From a bacterium (GTDB lineage Bacteria > Patescibacteriota > Minisyncoccia > Phycocordibacterales > JBBTRF01): 64,000 nucleotides of DNA. The position numbers and the translations under genes are program-made. Below are positions 56,001-63,886 of the stretch, in pieces. Position 1 is the stretch's first letter, and every line of letters begins with the position of its first letter. The notes beneath the pieces are model-generated. The model searched no databases, had not been told where the DNA came from, and was given only the letters and a program-made list of their open reading frames with translations. The stretch is taken from assembly GCA_037130265.1 (NCBI GenBank), contig JBAXTI010000002.1, forward strand, positions 26,870 to 90,869. Direction: 5' to 3'.

Positions 56001-58466
56001 TTGCAGTCATCGACCGCTCCACAGCTTGCTTTGTCGGCTGGTGCAGGTATAGCACAGTGGGCATTTAGAAATGCCGGTGGCGACCTCTACTTTTCTACCA
56101 CCACCACCGCCGGTACAGCGACCACGAGCACCGCCGCTTTCTCGGTCTCTGGTTCCGGCTTCGGTACCACCACTCTTCGCGGGTTGACCATCTCTGGCCA
56201 GGCAACCTCAACTTCGAATGTCGGCTTCAATCTCACAGCGGGTTGCTTCGCGGTGAACGGCACTTGTGTTGGAAGCAATAATGGTACTTCTCAGTGGACC
56301 ACTACGGGTTCAGATATTTACTACACCACCGGCAAAGTGGGTGTAGGCACCACAACTCCATGGGCTAACTTCTCAGTGGGTACTCATAACCTGGCGATCA
56401 CCACACCGTCTTTCGTGATTGCTTCTTCGTCGGCGGCCCTCGCGACGTCAACTCAGTTTATTGTCACAAATGGCAAGGTCGGAATAGGTACTTCGACTCC
56501 AAACTGGATGCTCCAGGTGGCGAACACCCGTCCGTCCTTTGCGCTTTCTGACACCAATGCCGGTGCCAACTTGAAACACTGGACACTTTCGTCGCAGGGC
56601 GGTAATTTCTACTTTGCAACATCTTCCGATGCGTTGGCAACATCGACCACCCCGGCAGGCATGTTTAATAGCAGTGGTTGGTTTGGTATCGGTACCACCT
56701 CACCATGGGCACCGCTGTCGGTTGCCGGTATTAGTGCGGCTACTTCTTTCTACGCCACCGCGACTACTTCGACTTCTACTATGGCCGGCAGCTTGAATGT
56801 GGGTAACGGTGCGCTCTTCTACGATTATGCCGGTGCGTACACTAGTATCGACAACTTGCAGATCGGTGCGATGGCTTTCGATACCAACGCCGGTGCTGTG
56901 AGCTGGGCAGATATGCCAATCACTTCAGCGGCTGCCGCAAGTACTACGGAAAGCTACACCGCACAGTTGGGAGGTAATGCCGTGCTCACTATCTACGGTG
57001 AAGCTGATGGCGCCGGCGGCGTGAACACCCTCCGTGTTGGTATCGGTACCACCTCTCCGGCTGGTGCTGCGGCTGGTCCGCTCACCATGGCTTCGGGGGC
57101 GTATGTTACTACCGGTGGTACTTGGACCAACGCTTCGAGCCGAGCTGGGAAGGAGAATTTTACAGCACTCGATTCACTTGATGTGTTGCAGAAGATCAAC
57201 GCCCTTGATGTGACCCGATGGAATTACAAGAGTGAGTCAGCAGGTACTACTCATATTGGTCCAGTGGCAGAGGACTTCTACGCTGCGTTTGGTACTGGTA
57301 GTGGTCCAGGTTCTATCTCGACCATCGACCCTTCCGGTGTCGCGCTTATTGGTATACAGGCGCTGTCTCGAGGCTTTGATATCTCTCATGCAGGTACAAC
57401 CACCCCTTCTATTCAGTCACTCTTTGTGGGCACCACCACTCCGGCTCTTTCGATCGACGCTGCTGGCAATATCGGTATCGGTACTTCCTCTCCGGCATAC
57501 AAGCTTCATGTGTTAGGTGATATCGCGGCAACTTCTTTTGTAAATATCAGTACACGTGAGGCCAAGAAGGATATTAGCTATCTCTCAGCAGCGGAAAACG
57601 AAAGCGCACTGAACAAAATAAAGGGCCTCAATGTTGCGACGTATCGATACAATATTGAGTCGGAAAGTAACCCGCTTCGACTGGGTCTCATCGCTGAGGA
57701 GGCACCTGCCGAGATCCTCGCGGCTTCAGGAAAGGGTGTGGATATTTACAAGCTTTCAACCTTTATCCTCGCCGGAGTGAAGGCACAGCAGGTGAAAATC
57801 GAGTCCCTCGAATCTCGAGTCGCGCACCTCGAGGCGGTGCAGGGCGGTGGTTCAACATCGAATGGTGCCGCCGGCATTGCCGAATATCTCAGCTCGATGG
57901 GCGCCCAGCTCTCCGCTTCGGTGTCACGATTCCGCAATGTCCTCGCTGAGTCCCTCACCGTCGGTACTGCCGAGAAGCCATCGGGCATCACTCTCTATGA
58001 CGAAGTCACCAAGCAGCCATACTGCTTGAAGATTTCTGGTGGTGCACCGGTGAGTGTGCCTGGCGAATGTGCTGCAGTATCTGCAGGCGGTACTTCAGGT
58101 ACCACTAATACCACGACAGGCGGGACCACTCCTGGTGGTTCAGGGACTACGACTACTCCAGTGGTAGGTGATACCGTTGCACCGGTCATTACAATCAATG
58201 GCAACAACCCGGCAAATATCGACAAGGGGGCTTCGTATAATGACCTCGGCGTAACCGTGACCGATAATATCGATAATAACCTCGGTATTACCACCACAGG
58301 CGATCAGATAGACACCACCGTTGCAGGCACTTATACTGTTCATTACAGTGCGACAGACGCAGCAGGGAATACCACAAATGCAACTCGCACGGTGATTGTG
58401 TCAGAAGTCTCTGTACCGAGTGCGGCTCCTGATGTCTCTGTGTCTACGAGCACAACTACTCCATAA
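44034..58466 (+). CDS. Giant (4810 aa) secreted tail-fibre-like adhesin with GNVGIGT and NxAxG repeats, two peptidase S74 chaperone domains and a DUF5011-like Ig domain
   Basis: Uninterrupted ORF with a signal-like N-terminus and an INYQGKL domain. Repeated GNVGIGTTSP and NVAIG units. S74-like SSRAGKEN...HIGPVAED and STREAKKDI...LGLIAEE. C-terminal DTVAPVITING...YSATDAAGN. Confidence 0.85.
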   Translation: MKRVFHTISSSVKKAFLVFFLLNFVFSPVFNDILLSSNLGAPLAASVAEAAFNQQINYQGKLTDTSNVAVSNGSYNIEFKLYTSLTGGTAIWTETWCKGTSCSGTGTDSRVTVSNGLFSTMLGSTTALTGVDFNQPLYLGVNIGGSASTPTWDGEMTPRKILGAVPAAFEAKRLNGLNDTQFLRTDTTNATSTASTFITLTQSGAGNILNLVGQGSASVFTALSSGNVGIGTTSPGQKLSVAGDILGNNIIGSYFTATTSTATSTFKGLSATAIAANKYITSDGTFQFTSPYAGTLNVTTQQIGQNAILSATSQTGKIFSFVSNDTLATISTQPGVPLVLNTAGSERIRIGTAGLVGIGTTTPWRTLSVNGSSDLGTNALAGYFTATSSTASVFPYASTTALTVSGTNGLQLASALNGPLQANGGLVSATTSVGVLYGGTGLTSAPSYGQLLMGNASNGYTLSATSSLGLLGSSTVSSLTSSYVPKWGGSAFSNSNLYDDGTNIGIGTTTGLSKLTVNGIARFNSNQDPGDYFYTNGISSDGRIEFRSADNGNGGNQRIFMSSGYSTGCVGFGNSADSASNNSLSCGGSTGNSIVATPGALSMVSVNIGGIPGVGTTKGLNIATPYSASGISTSSNSMVDISTFSVIANAATGQRPGIHFTALQYAFGVGDTYAGAGDGYSTRAMTIASSTEIGIGTSTPYAKLSLLGTSATMSTFALVPKASQTANILDIYNTASTPVLTSVITAAGKWGIGTTSPGQMLSVGGDILGNVHIGTYFTATSTAVASTFPYASTTALSVSGASYFTGLSTFANLLATGSSTLQNLTFINATGTNATTTNFFATTASSTNLFASNLAVGGNVLTTSGGNVGIGTASPNAKLHVSAPLDDLAPPALGTISANTSAYFTNQNPLYGLMVGSLTGGPTYLQVQRTDSATAYSLLLNPNAGNVGIGTTSPATTLSVAGSGYFTTGIGAGVLNTTTGTIKASVSYDTSDSTGLYKINGSTMLSASTTNANYFFGTSPATLQTTFSGTNNFGLGLNDLNANTTGSGNVAMGRDAMLANTTGATNVAIGYLAFRNATTSGSDNVAIGNLALAGTASVANTGSNNVAIGPSALFANTSGASNVAIGPSALASNTTGQFNIGIGNQAMTSNAAGQNNTVLGVSSMKYTKTGNYNVAIGTSANQYNMSATSTTIVGEEAAQGVNNVSYFQNVTALGYRSLYAITTADDTTAVGYGSGGSVTSGVQNTFVGSNSGGGVTTGSGNTLIGYNTTATGATISNAIAIGSGASVGCSNCAVLGGTSGSAVIVGVGTSTPYAKLSIQNGVAATTTMALVPAALQTANILDIYNTASTPVLTSVITSAGKWGIGTTSPGQMLSVGGDILGNVHIGTYFTATSTTVASTFPYASTTALSVSGASYFTGLATLGNASTTQIGSTGSAYFVTSGTGSVGIGTTSPATTLSVVGSIYNTGGIGVGKLNTTANTIDLGVGATGATSGLYKINGTTVVSASSTLSNFFFGTLPPTLSTTMTGSNNNGIGAGALNSLTTGLENNAIGVNAAANLTTGQYNIAIGRDAMLANTVGNRNIAIGYLADRNATSSSVDNIMIGQSAGAGVAASGRISTSIGNIGIGNSSLKLVTSGTYNTAVGYGTASNLADGSQNMFFGAFSGAAMTSGGGNAAIGYNAMGLTTSGSNNLAVGTNSLMGNITGIRNVCVGTGCSQYNQSATSTVAIGYAAAQGSSNYSAQGIVAIGDAALSSVTTASDYNTAIGYQAGYSNANGTGNTYIGASAGVNNTSGSNNIMIGRATDFAGNISYYMNIGNFLYATSTTAGSAFGSFGIATTTPSARFSIKGLGTGTGRLLAFSDSSNVERLTMFDNGNVGIGTTSPWRTLSVNGSSDLGTNALAGYFTATSTTASTLPYASTTALSVSGASYFTGLSTFANLLATGSTTLQNFTFVNATGTSATTTNFFATTASSTNLFASTANLNAATIGTTLGVTGATTLSSTLNVTGLTTLGNASTTQIGSTGSAYFATSGGNVGIGTTSPGSKLDVNGDINANTYYRYKGGIFVNASSTKQNMFVGMGAGNLTTTGIGNTAIGYNSGAALTTQNASINPFPVQADTFIGTNAGAANTSGDSNVFVGYNAGAVNTCGRSTVAIGAYAGASYVSEPGCPDIENGLNVFIGSAAGQYITAGLHNVFIGEDTGLLMQSGSNNTFLGSHAGTGILTGNESTYIGGSAGDFASTTGDGNIGIGVRSALYLDGSAQYNVFLGNGAGAGTEANPNVASFNTAVGTGAGYLLTTATGATFLGYQAGLQVTTGYSNTLVGYQAGWNLVSGVNNTFLGYQAGYNTTGSANIFLGDQAGASNTTGSNQFVAGGDHANYLISDVYFGRGINSATPSTYTIHGTGGLGTNITGGDINIAGGAGTGSGVGGNIIFQTSNTGSSGTTLNTLSEKIRITNSGKIGIGTTTPWRTLSVNGSSDLGTNALAGYFTATSTTASTLPYASTTALSVSGASYFTGLSTFANLLATGSSTLQNFTFVNATGTSATTTNFFATTASSTNLFASTATFNAASIGTTLSVTGLTTLGNASTTQIGSTGSAYFATSGGNVGIGTTTPDGNLTVYNPSGASTVDIMGSSAGSLLRISQGSTLAQGTIDLGVHSPQAGLFRSGGTSGFVAYDTGTGDTILNNVFGGSSLLRLNYGGTTALAINSSGNVGIGTTSPGQKLSVAGDILGNVHIGTYFTATSTAVASTFPYASTTALSVSGASYFTGLSTFANLLATGSTTLQNFTFVNATGTNATTTNFFATTASSTNLFASTATLNTASIANTLNVTGLTTLGNASTTQIGSTGSAYFATSGGNVGIGTTSPTTALLAIQNSSGHSFDIFSTANGSAGTAMTINVNTSSAKALQINSNTTDTPITVTHVDPGNVRNADIFGINISETLNSIGNIGANDYKYGGGNFEVTQNASPATAKDVFGVRGVSTANNVNFTAYGGYFSGNSTNGTAYGVYSAAGKNYFNGNLGIGTTTPGQKLSVAGDILGNNIIGSYFTATSTTASSTLNSALGIGTTTPSARLAITGYGTADTGRAFAIANSSNAEKLYVTDSGKTRFSNFVAINSDPSTNNGTGATLYVKQTTGSTGFPFQVVNTSDTNLFSVDTSGNTNTAGSVTASANGFITSSSGGAAFLRLTHTSGRSFEVRSNSSSYFSIYDATASADRLVVAGIGTVGIGTTTPYAQLSIVSGAAATTTLALKPAASQTANILDIYSNDATPVLKSVITAAGKFGLGTTSPWRTLSVNGSSDLGTNALAGYFTATSSTASVFTYASTTAISASGSAYFATSGGNVGIGTTSPWRTLSVNGSSDLGTNALAGSFTATSTTATSTFAGFIDVNGTGSNATSTFASNLWVKGAMKIGTNSIYLNGAATSTFGAGINLTTGCFSVNGTCVGGSSAAVAIGSAITGGTAGSALFVDVSGNIAQDNTNFFWDNSSKYLGIQTATPGYPLDVNGTAHATTLNAGTITDGAGFTVTGGTIGGGVWNGTAIGTTYGGTGINSSGSTGVAQISSGTWSVGAIDISSSSNVTGTLSVANGGTGATSYTAGSITFSDGTNLTQDNANLFWNNSSKYLGIQTATPGYPLDVNGTAHATTLNAGTITDGAGFTVTGGTIGGGVWNGTAIGTTYGGTGINSSGSTGVAQISSGTWSVGAIDISSSSNVTGTLSVANGGTGATSYTAGSITFSDGTNLTQDNANLFWNNSTKALGIGDTAPGAKLSVVGNASIGYATGQTAPTNGLLVAGSVGIATTSPSLATFTVEGGSGATTAFFTGSVNSYQEVLNQNRSNGTSASTDFVAVNNIGNASSYYVNLGINSSGNADPSYTLFSANDAYLYSSDSALNLGTASTTNTNAVIKFFTAGTVAGKERARFSSTGNFGIGTTSPGQLLSVAGDILGNNIIGSYFTATSTTATSTLAGGFTMGSSGLNAYANGKVGIGTTTPQWLLNLQSSTAPQLALSAGAGIAQWAFRNAGGDLYFSTTTTAGTATTSTAAFSVSGSGFGTTTLRGLTISGQATSTSNVGFNLTAGCFAVNGTCVGSNNGTSQWTTTGSDIYYTTGKVGVGTTTPWANFSVGTHNLAITTPSFVIASSSAALATSTQFIVTNGKVGIGTSTPNWMLQVANTRPSFALSDTNAGANLKHWTLSSQGGNFYFATSSDALATSTTPAGMFNSSGWFGIGTTSPWAPLSVAGISAATSFYATATTSTSTMAGSLNVGNGALFYDYAGAYTSIDNLQIGAMAFDTNAGAVSWADMPITSAAAASTTESYTAQLGGNAVLTIYGEADGAGGVNTLRVGIGTTSPAGAAAGPLTMASGAYVTTGGTWTNASSRAGKENFTALDSLDVLQKINALDVTRWNYKSESAGTTHIGPVAEDFYAAFGTGSGPGSISTIDPSGVALIGIQALSRGFDISHAGTTTPSIQSLFVGTTTPALSIDAAGNIGIGTSSPAYKLHVLGDIAATSFVNISTREAKKDISYLSAAENESALNKIKGLNVATYRYNIESESNPLRLGLIAEEAPAEILAASGKGVDIYKLSTFILAGVKAQQVKIESLESRVAHLEAVQGGGSTSNGAAGIAEYLSSMGAQLSASVSRFRNVLAESLTVGTAEKPSGITLYDEVTKQPYCLKISGGAPVSVPGECAAVSAGGTSGTTNTTTGGTTPGGSGTTTTPVVGDTVAPVITINGNNPANIDKGASYNDLGVTVTDNIDNNLGITTTGDQIDTTVAGTYTVHYSATDAAGNTTNATRTVIVSEVSVPSAAPDVSVSTSTTTP
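54469..55267 (+). repeat. In-frame 399-bp tandem duplication (2 copies)
   Basis: AACTCGAGCA recurs at 54471 and 54870. Alternative-frame ORFs at 54577 and 54976 translate identically over the shared part. Confidence 0.9.
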
Positions 58467-58471
58467 TCCAC

Positions 58472-60565
58472 ATGCACACTTACTTCTCTAAAATTTGTTT
58501 CGGCGTCAGTCTCACGGTTCTTTTATTGTGCAGTGTGGTTCCTGTGTATGGAGCTGCAAAAATCAATACACCAGTGACTGGTCAAATGAATACAGGGCTT
58601 GTTGGGTACTGGACATTCGATGCTCCTGATACGAGTTTTGTATCGAATACTGTTACTGACAAGTCGGGAAGTGGTAATACCGGAACAATGATCAGTATGG
58701 CTACAAGCACCTCACGAGTCCTCGGCAAGCTTGGACAGGCACTCTCTTTTGATGGGGTGGCGAAATATATCTCATTGCCAAATCTCGATAGGCAGGCCCC
58801 TTTGTCCATCGCTTTTTGGACAAAAAGAGGGAGAACCGGGCAGGCGAGTGACAACATTATTGGGGGGAGTTGCGGATCGTGGGGGATTGGATTCAATGCA
58901 AATAATACACTTTTTTTGACAAACACGTGCGTGAATGTCGCAAACTCAACGGGTACTATTGCGGATACTACAAAATGGCATCATGTAGTCGTCACCTACG
59001 ATGGTTCGAATGCTCGTTTTTATTTCGACGGAGCTCTGGATTCTTCTCCGGTGTATGCAAGCGGTACGTTCAATAGTAGTGCGGTGGCGTATACGATTGG
59101 CAGAGTAAATGTTACTGCCTATTACAAGGGTTCGCTCGATGATGTGCGTGTGTACAGTAAAGTTTTGAGTCAGAGAGAGGTGACCACTTTGTATACACTT
59201 GGCCAAGAAACCATCCAGAAGTCACAGAATAATAAGGTGACTAGCGGCCTGACGCATCTGTGGACATTTGATGGTGCTGATCTCAATACAATTACAAAAA
59301 CCGTGTATGATCGAGCTGGGACCACCAACGGTACTATTGTGGCTTTGGCGACAAGTACTCAGTTGGTAAACGGCGCTCTTGGTCAGGCTTTTAATTTTAA
59401 TGGAACTAGTCAGTATGCTTCTTTAGCCGATATTAATACAGCCCTTAATCCACCGGCAAGTATTGCTCTATGGATAAAGCGCGGACAAACCAGCGCTGCC
59501 GCTGATGAGGGTATAATCGGGTACTCCGGTTCTGGATGCACCGGTCAAAATGTGTGGGGGGTCGGTATTGCTTCTGGAGCGAATGCGAATAAACCATTTC
59601 TTACTGAGGTTGGTATTGGCGCGCAGTATCCAACAGGCACTATTACCGATCGTAATTGGCATCATTTGGTACTAACGCTAGATGGTACGAATATTCGTTT
59701 CTATATTGATGGAGTTTTGGACTCCACGGTGGCAAATGCTACTACCTTTACCTGCGTTGCTTCTTCTGCGTTTGCCATTGGAACAGTTAATACTAGTGGT
59801 TGGTACAAGGGAGCGGTCGATGACATCCGTATGTATAATAGAGTTTTGTCTGCGAATGAGGTTAAAAGTCTCTATTCGATTGGTAAATCTACCATCCAGA
59901 AATCACAGAATACAAAGGTAAATACGGGGCTTGTTGGACTATGGTCTTTTGATGGGGCAGACATGACTTCAACTGTAGCCACCGACCGAAGTGGCAATGG
60001 TTATAATGGCACACTCACGAACATGACCCTCAAGAATGTAGTCACCCCAGGAAAGATTGGCCAGGCTCTCCAGTTTCAAGGTGGTTCGGCGTATATACTC
60101 ACCGCTAACGATATTATGAGTAATCCGACCGGTCTAACGATCGCATTTTGGATGAAGTCGGCCACTATCCCTGCATCAACCCAACGCGTGTTCTCCGTTG
60201 AAGGAGCTTACGTGATCACTCTGACCACGGCCGGCAAACTGCAGGGCATTGTGGATGGTGCAGAAGCCGAGTACGCGCAGACTTCTGTTATCAGCGATAA
60301 CAAGTGGCACCACGTCGCGTTTACGCATAATGGCGCAATTGCGGGTGGAAGGATCTATGTCGATGGGGTGGCGAGTAGTACGTTTACGGGTTCCTCGTAT
60401 AGTGGATTCTATAATATTAACTCTCTGACACGCCCTGTCGCCATCGGTGGAAATGTTTCCCCGAACCCCATCTCGCCATTTATTGGCTCGCTCGACGATG
60501 TTCGGCTGTATAATAGAGTCATCACCAATGCAGAGATCACTCGTCTCTATAGCATAGGAAAATAA
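58472..60565 (+). CDS. Secreted protein with three LamG/ConA-like domains
   Basis: Three units of GLVGYWTFD...GKLGQALSFDG...WHHVVVTYDG...GSLDDVRVY. Signal peptide. Confidence 0.88.
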   Translation: MHTYFSKICFGVSLTVLLLCSVVPVYGAAKINTPVTGQMNTGLVGYWTFDAPDTSFVSNTVTDKSGSGNTGTMISMATSTSRVLGKLGQALSFDGVAKYISLPNLDRQAPLSIAFWTKRGRTGQASDNIIGGSCGSWGIGFNANNTLFLTNTCVNVANSTGTIADTTKWHHVVVTYDGSNARFYFDGALDSSPVYASGTFNSSAVAYTIGRVNVTAYYKGSLDDVRVYSKVLSQREVTTLYTLGQETIQKSQNNKVTSGLTHLWTFDGADLNTITKTVYDRAGTTNGTIVALATSTQLVNGALGQAFNFNGTSQYASLADINTALNPPASIALWIKRGQTSAAADEGIIGYSGSGCTGQNVWGVGIASGANANKPFLTEVGIGAQYPTGTITDRNWHHLVLTLDGTNIRFYIDGVLDSTVANATTFTCVASSAFAIGTVNTSGWYKGAVDDIRMYNRVLSANEVKSLYSIGKSTIQKSQNTKVNTGLVGLWSFDGADMTSTVATDRSGNGYNGTLTNMTLKNVVTPGKIGQALQFQGGSAYILTANDIMSNPTGLTIAFWMKSATIPASTQRVFSVEGAYVITLTTAGKLQGIVDGAEAEYAQTSVISDNKWHHVAFTHNGAIAGGRIYVDGVASSTFTGSSYSGFYNINSLTRPVAIGGNVSPNPISPFIGSLDDVRLYNRVITNAEITRLYSIGK

Positions 60566-60611
60566 ATTACGCACGTTTGAAGAAAACACTGCTATAATTA
60601 ATTCCACTCTA

Positions 60612-62687
60612 ATGATCAGAGAGACTTACAAAAATTCCTCACCTCTGGCAGTTTTATTCCTGCTCGGGACCATTTTCTTGCCGATTTTTGCCCACGCATC
60701 AGCGAAGGTGAATGTCTTGGCTCGACCGAAAAACACCTCAGGCCTCATAGGGTATTGGTCTCTGAATGGTGCGGATATGAACGCTACAACTGCATTCGAT
60801 CGTAGTGGAAATGGATACGACGGGACTTTTCAAGCCATGGGCCTCAGGAATGTTATATCGGGAAAAGTCGGACAAGCTCTTTCTTTCGATGGTTCAACTG
60901 CGTATATTTCACTTCCGAACCTTGATCGTCAAGCACCTCTTACGTGGTCATTTTGGGTAAAGCGAGCAAGATTGGGCCAGGCGAACGAGGATTTTTTTGG
61001 CGGTGACAGTAGTGGTGCGTGGGGTTTTGGATTCAATGCTGACAATACGATGTTTCTTACAAACGTCGGAATTAACAGCGTGAGTTCGACTGGTGCCATT
61101 GCAGATACAGACTGGCACCATATTGTGGTGACGTATGATGGATCAGACGTCAGTTTTTATTTTGATGGAGTTTTGGACTCGGCGCTGAGCTATTCCAGCG
61201 GCACGTATAATAGTAGCGGTGCCGCATATGCAATCGGCAGGGTGAATGTCAGTGCATATTTTGAGGGTAGGCTTGATGAAGTGCGCATGTATGATCGTGT
61301 ATTGGCTGCCCCCGAGGTGAGGACTTTGTATCAGGACTCGGCAGCGAAAATTTTAGGTCCATCGTCTGGGAACTCTAATGTGTCTAGTGGTCTTATTGGT
61401 TTTTGGTCTTTCAATAAGGAGGATGTGGTAAATGGAGCGCTTGTCGATCGAAGTATTTCGGGAAATACAGCATATCTTCAAAATATTGCTACTTCAACGG
61501 TTTACAGCGCTGGTCGTATTGGGCGAGGCCTTACTTTTGATGGTTCTGATGACTATGCGGTGACAGGCGCTACGACCTGGGGTATTACGAACACTCTTTC
61601 GATGTCTGCGTGGATTAAGACAACGGCTAATGCTGTTTCGATCGCTGAGCTTGGGCGCGTCACTGTCTTGGACGAGGCTTTGCTGTACATTCATAATAAC
61701 AGTGCGGCAATCTTCTTTTCTCAAGGGGCTGGTGTATATACTGGAGTATATGGTTCTAGGCAGGTCAATGACGGTCAGTGGCATCACGTGGTCGCTGTTT
61801 CGACTGGGCCAAGTATTGCCTGTGCAAATGTAAGGATATATGTGGACGGTGTTCGTGATACTGAGAATTGTATTACTGAAAATGTGTCGAGTCTAAGTGA
61901 CGCATCGCCACGCAGATTCTTTATTGGTTGGCGAGCTTGGGGTGGTGGTACCTCTGAGATATACAATGGTAGTGTCGATGACGTGCGTCTGTATGGTCGT
62001 GCGATAAGTGCTAGTGAAGCTCTGCAGCTGTACCGCATGGGAATTACTACAAAAGCCAATGTTTCGCAGAATACTAAGGGTCGTAACGGTCTCGTGGGTC
62101 TATGGTCTTTTGACGGGGCCGATATGGTGGCCGGGACAACAGCGTATGATAGGAGTGGTAATGGGTATGATGGCATATTGAGTGGTCTGTCTGCTCCGAA
62201 GATTGGCGTGGGAAAAATTGGTCAAGCGCTTCGGCTGCATGGGACGAGCGGTTATGTAAGTGTCTCCAATCTCGATATGAACACCTTAAGTACTTTTGGT
62301 TGGATTAACACGACTGTAGTGGGCAATCAGGTTATCGTGGCGACTCTGGCAAATGGTGGGTGGTCATTCTTCCTAGGGGCAGGTAATAACCTCACATTTC
62401 TCAAGAGAGGTATCGGTGGGGTGACTTCAAGTGCTACTATCGGGACTAATGGCTGGCATTATGTCGGGGTTACCTATGATGGTGCGACGGCAAAATTTTA
62501 CATCGACGGTGTTTTGGATAGTTCAAATGCCTATAGTCAGACATTCAACAATGGCTCCGTTGGGTACGGTTTGGGTGGTATTGAGATCGGTGGATACACC
62601 GTCACTGGCCGACTTGATGATGTTCGCGTCTATAATAGGGTCCTCACGGCGAGCGAAATTAGAACGATGTATAACCAAGCTAAATAA
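60612..62687 (+). CDS. Secreted protein with three LamG/ConA-like domains (paralog)
   Basis: Three units of GLIGYWS...GQALSFDG...WHH...DDVRxYNR. Signal peptide. Confidence 0.88.
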   Translation: MIRETYKNSSPLAVLFLLGTIFLPIFAHASAKVNVLARPKNTSGLIGYWSLNGADMNATTAFDRSGNGYDGTFQAMGLRNVISGKVGQALSFDGSTAYISLPNLDRQAPLTWSFWVKRARLGQANEDFFGGDSSGAWGFGFNADNTMFLTNVGINSVSSTGAIADTDWHHIVVTYDGSDVSFYFDGVLDSALSYSSGTYNSSGAAYAIGRVNVSAYFEGRLDEVRMYDRVLAAPEVRTLYQDSAAKILGPSSGNSNVSSGLIGFWSFNKEDVVNGALVDRSISGNTAYLQNIATSTVYSAGRIGRGLTFDGSDDYAVTGATTWGITNTLSMSAWIKTTANAVSIAELGRVTVLDEALLYIHNNSAAIFFSQGAGVYTGVYGSRQVNDGQWHHVVAVSTGPSIACANVRIYVDGVRDTENCITENVSSLSDASPRRFFIGWRAWGGGTSEIYNGSVDDVRLYGRAISASEALQLYRMGITTKANVSQNTKGRNGLVGLWSFDGADMVAGTTAYDRSGNGYDGILSGLSAPKIGVGKIGQALRLHGTSGYVSVSNLDMNTLSTFGWINTTVVGNQVIVATLANGGWSFFLGAGNNLTFLKRGIGGVTSSATIGTNGWHYVGVTYDGATAKFYIDGVLDSSNAYSQTFNNGSVGYGLGGIEIGGYTVTGRLDDVRVYNRVLTASEIRTMYNQAK

Positions 62688-62706
62688 TTCTGCTATAATT
62701 ATGACC

Positions 62707-63774
62707 ATGAAAAAAACACGAGTAGCGATTAATGGTTTCGGGCGAATCGGACGAGCTTTTTTGAAGGTTGCACGCGAGCGAGCGTTGAGTGGCGAGACGG
62801 GTGCAGATGATCTCGAGGTTGTGGCGATCAATGACCTTGGTGATATCAAGAGTTTTGCATACTTGCTCAAATATGACACTGCGTATGGTCCGAGTGGAAT
62901 CGATGTGAAAGTGAAGGCCGACAATTCCGCACTTATTATAGACGGCAAGGAGGTGGCGTTTGTGAGCGAGAAAGACGCGACAAAATTGCCTTGGATGAAG
63001 CTCGGTGTTGATGTGGTAGTGGAATCGACTGGCCTGTTCACGAGCTACGACAAGGCTCAGGTGCATATCACTGCAGGAGCGAAGCGTGTGGTAATTTCCG
63101 CGCCGGCGAAGGACGAAGCCGGAGTCGCCGGCGCACCTGCTGTGAAGGGCGAAACTGTTTTAATGGCCATGAACGAAGAGATGCTCGCCACTTGCCAGAT
63201 CACTTCAAATGCATCTTGTACTACCAATGCGGGCTCTCCTTTGTTGGCAATCTTGGACGAAGCTTTGGGTGTAGAAAAAGCGTTACTCAACACTGTGCAT
63301 GGTTACACTGCCAGCCAGTCTTTGGTAGATGGACCAAATAAGAAAGATTTCCGTGAGGGTCGTGCAGCTGCTCAAAACATCGTCCCATCTTCGACTGGTG
63401 CGGCAATCGCCGTCACCAAAATCATCACTCATTTGCAAGGGCTTTTTGACGGCGTGTCGATGCGCGTTCCTGTGGTGACTGGCTCTATTGTTGACGTCAC
63501 TTTTATATCGAAGAAAAATACTACCACTGAGGAAGTGAATACCATTTTGAAGAACGCCGCTCGCGCGCCACGCTGGAAGGGTATTTTTACCGTCACCGAG
63601 GAGCCTTTGGTCTCGAGCGATATCATTGGCAATCCGCATGCCTCTATCGCCGACCTCGCCTTCACTCGTGTCGTCGGTGGCAATTTGGTCAAAGTGATGG
63701 CTTGGTACGACAACGAAATGGGGTACACCTACACCCTCGTGGATCATGTGGCGAAGGTGGGGAAGTTGGTCTAA
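62707..63774 (+). CDS. gap: Type I glyceraldehyde-3-phosphate dehydrogenase
   Basis: Motifs INGFGRIGR, VESTG, SNASCTTN, PSSTGAA, RVP, WYDNEMGY. Start at ATG 62707. Confidence 0.97.
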   Translation: MKKTRVAINGFGRIGRAFLKVARERALSGETGADDLEVVAINDLGDIKSFAYLLKYDTAYGPSGIDVKVKADNSALIIDGKEVAFVSEKDATKLPWMKLGVDVVVESTGLFTSYDKAQVHITAGAKRVVISAPAKDEAGVAGAPAVKGETVLMAMNEEMLATCQITSNASCTTNAGSPLLAILDEALGVEKALLNTVHGYTASQSLVDGPNKKDFREGRAAAQNIVPSSTGAAIAVTKIITHLQGLFDGVSMRVPVVTGSIVDVTFISKKNTTTEEVNTILKNAARAPRWKGIFTVTEEPLVSSDIIGNPHASIADLAFTRVVGGNLVKVMAWYDNEMGYTYTLVDHVAKVGKLV

Positions 63775-63821
63775 TACTGCCCTAATTTTCTTTTTAGCTA
63801 GAACTCATCAAAACTTGAGCA

Positions 63822-63860
63822 TTTCTTAGTCGTTTCTTTAACATTTCTTAGCGATTTCTT
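63822..63860 (+). repeat. Four TTTCTT direct repeats with an exact 11-bp period
   Basis: TTTCTT at 63822, 63833, 63844 and 63855, just upstream of TATAAT (63875-63880). Confidence 0.7.
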
Positions 63861-63886
63861 GATCGGACGTTTCCTATAATAGAGGG

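Noticed and set aside
44034-58466. Prophage interpretation of the tail-fibre-like gene
   Set aside because: It has a signal-like N-terminus, and there are no capsid, terminase, integrase or other phage genes in the window.
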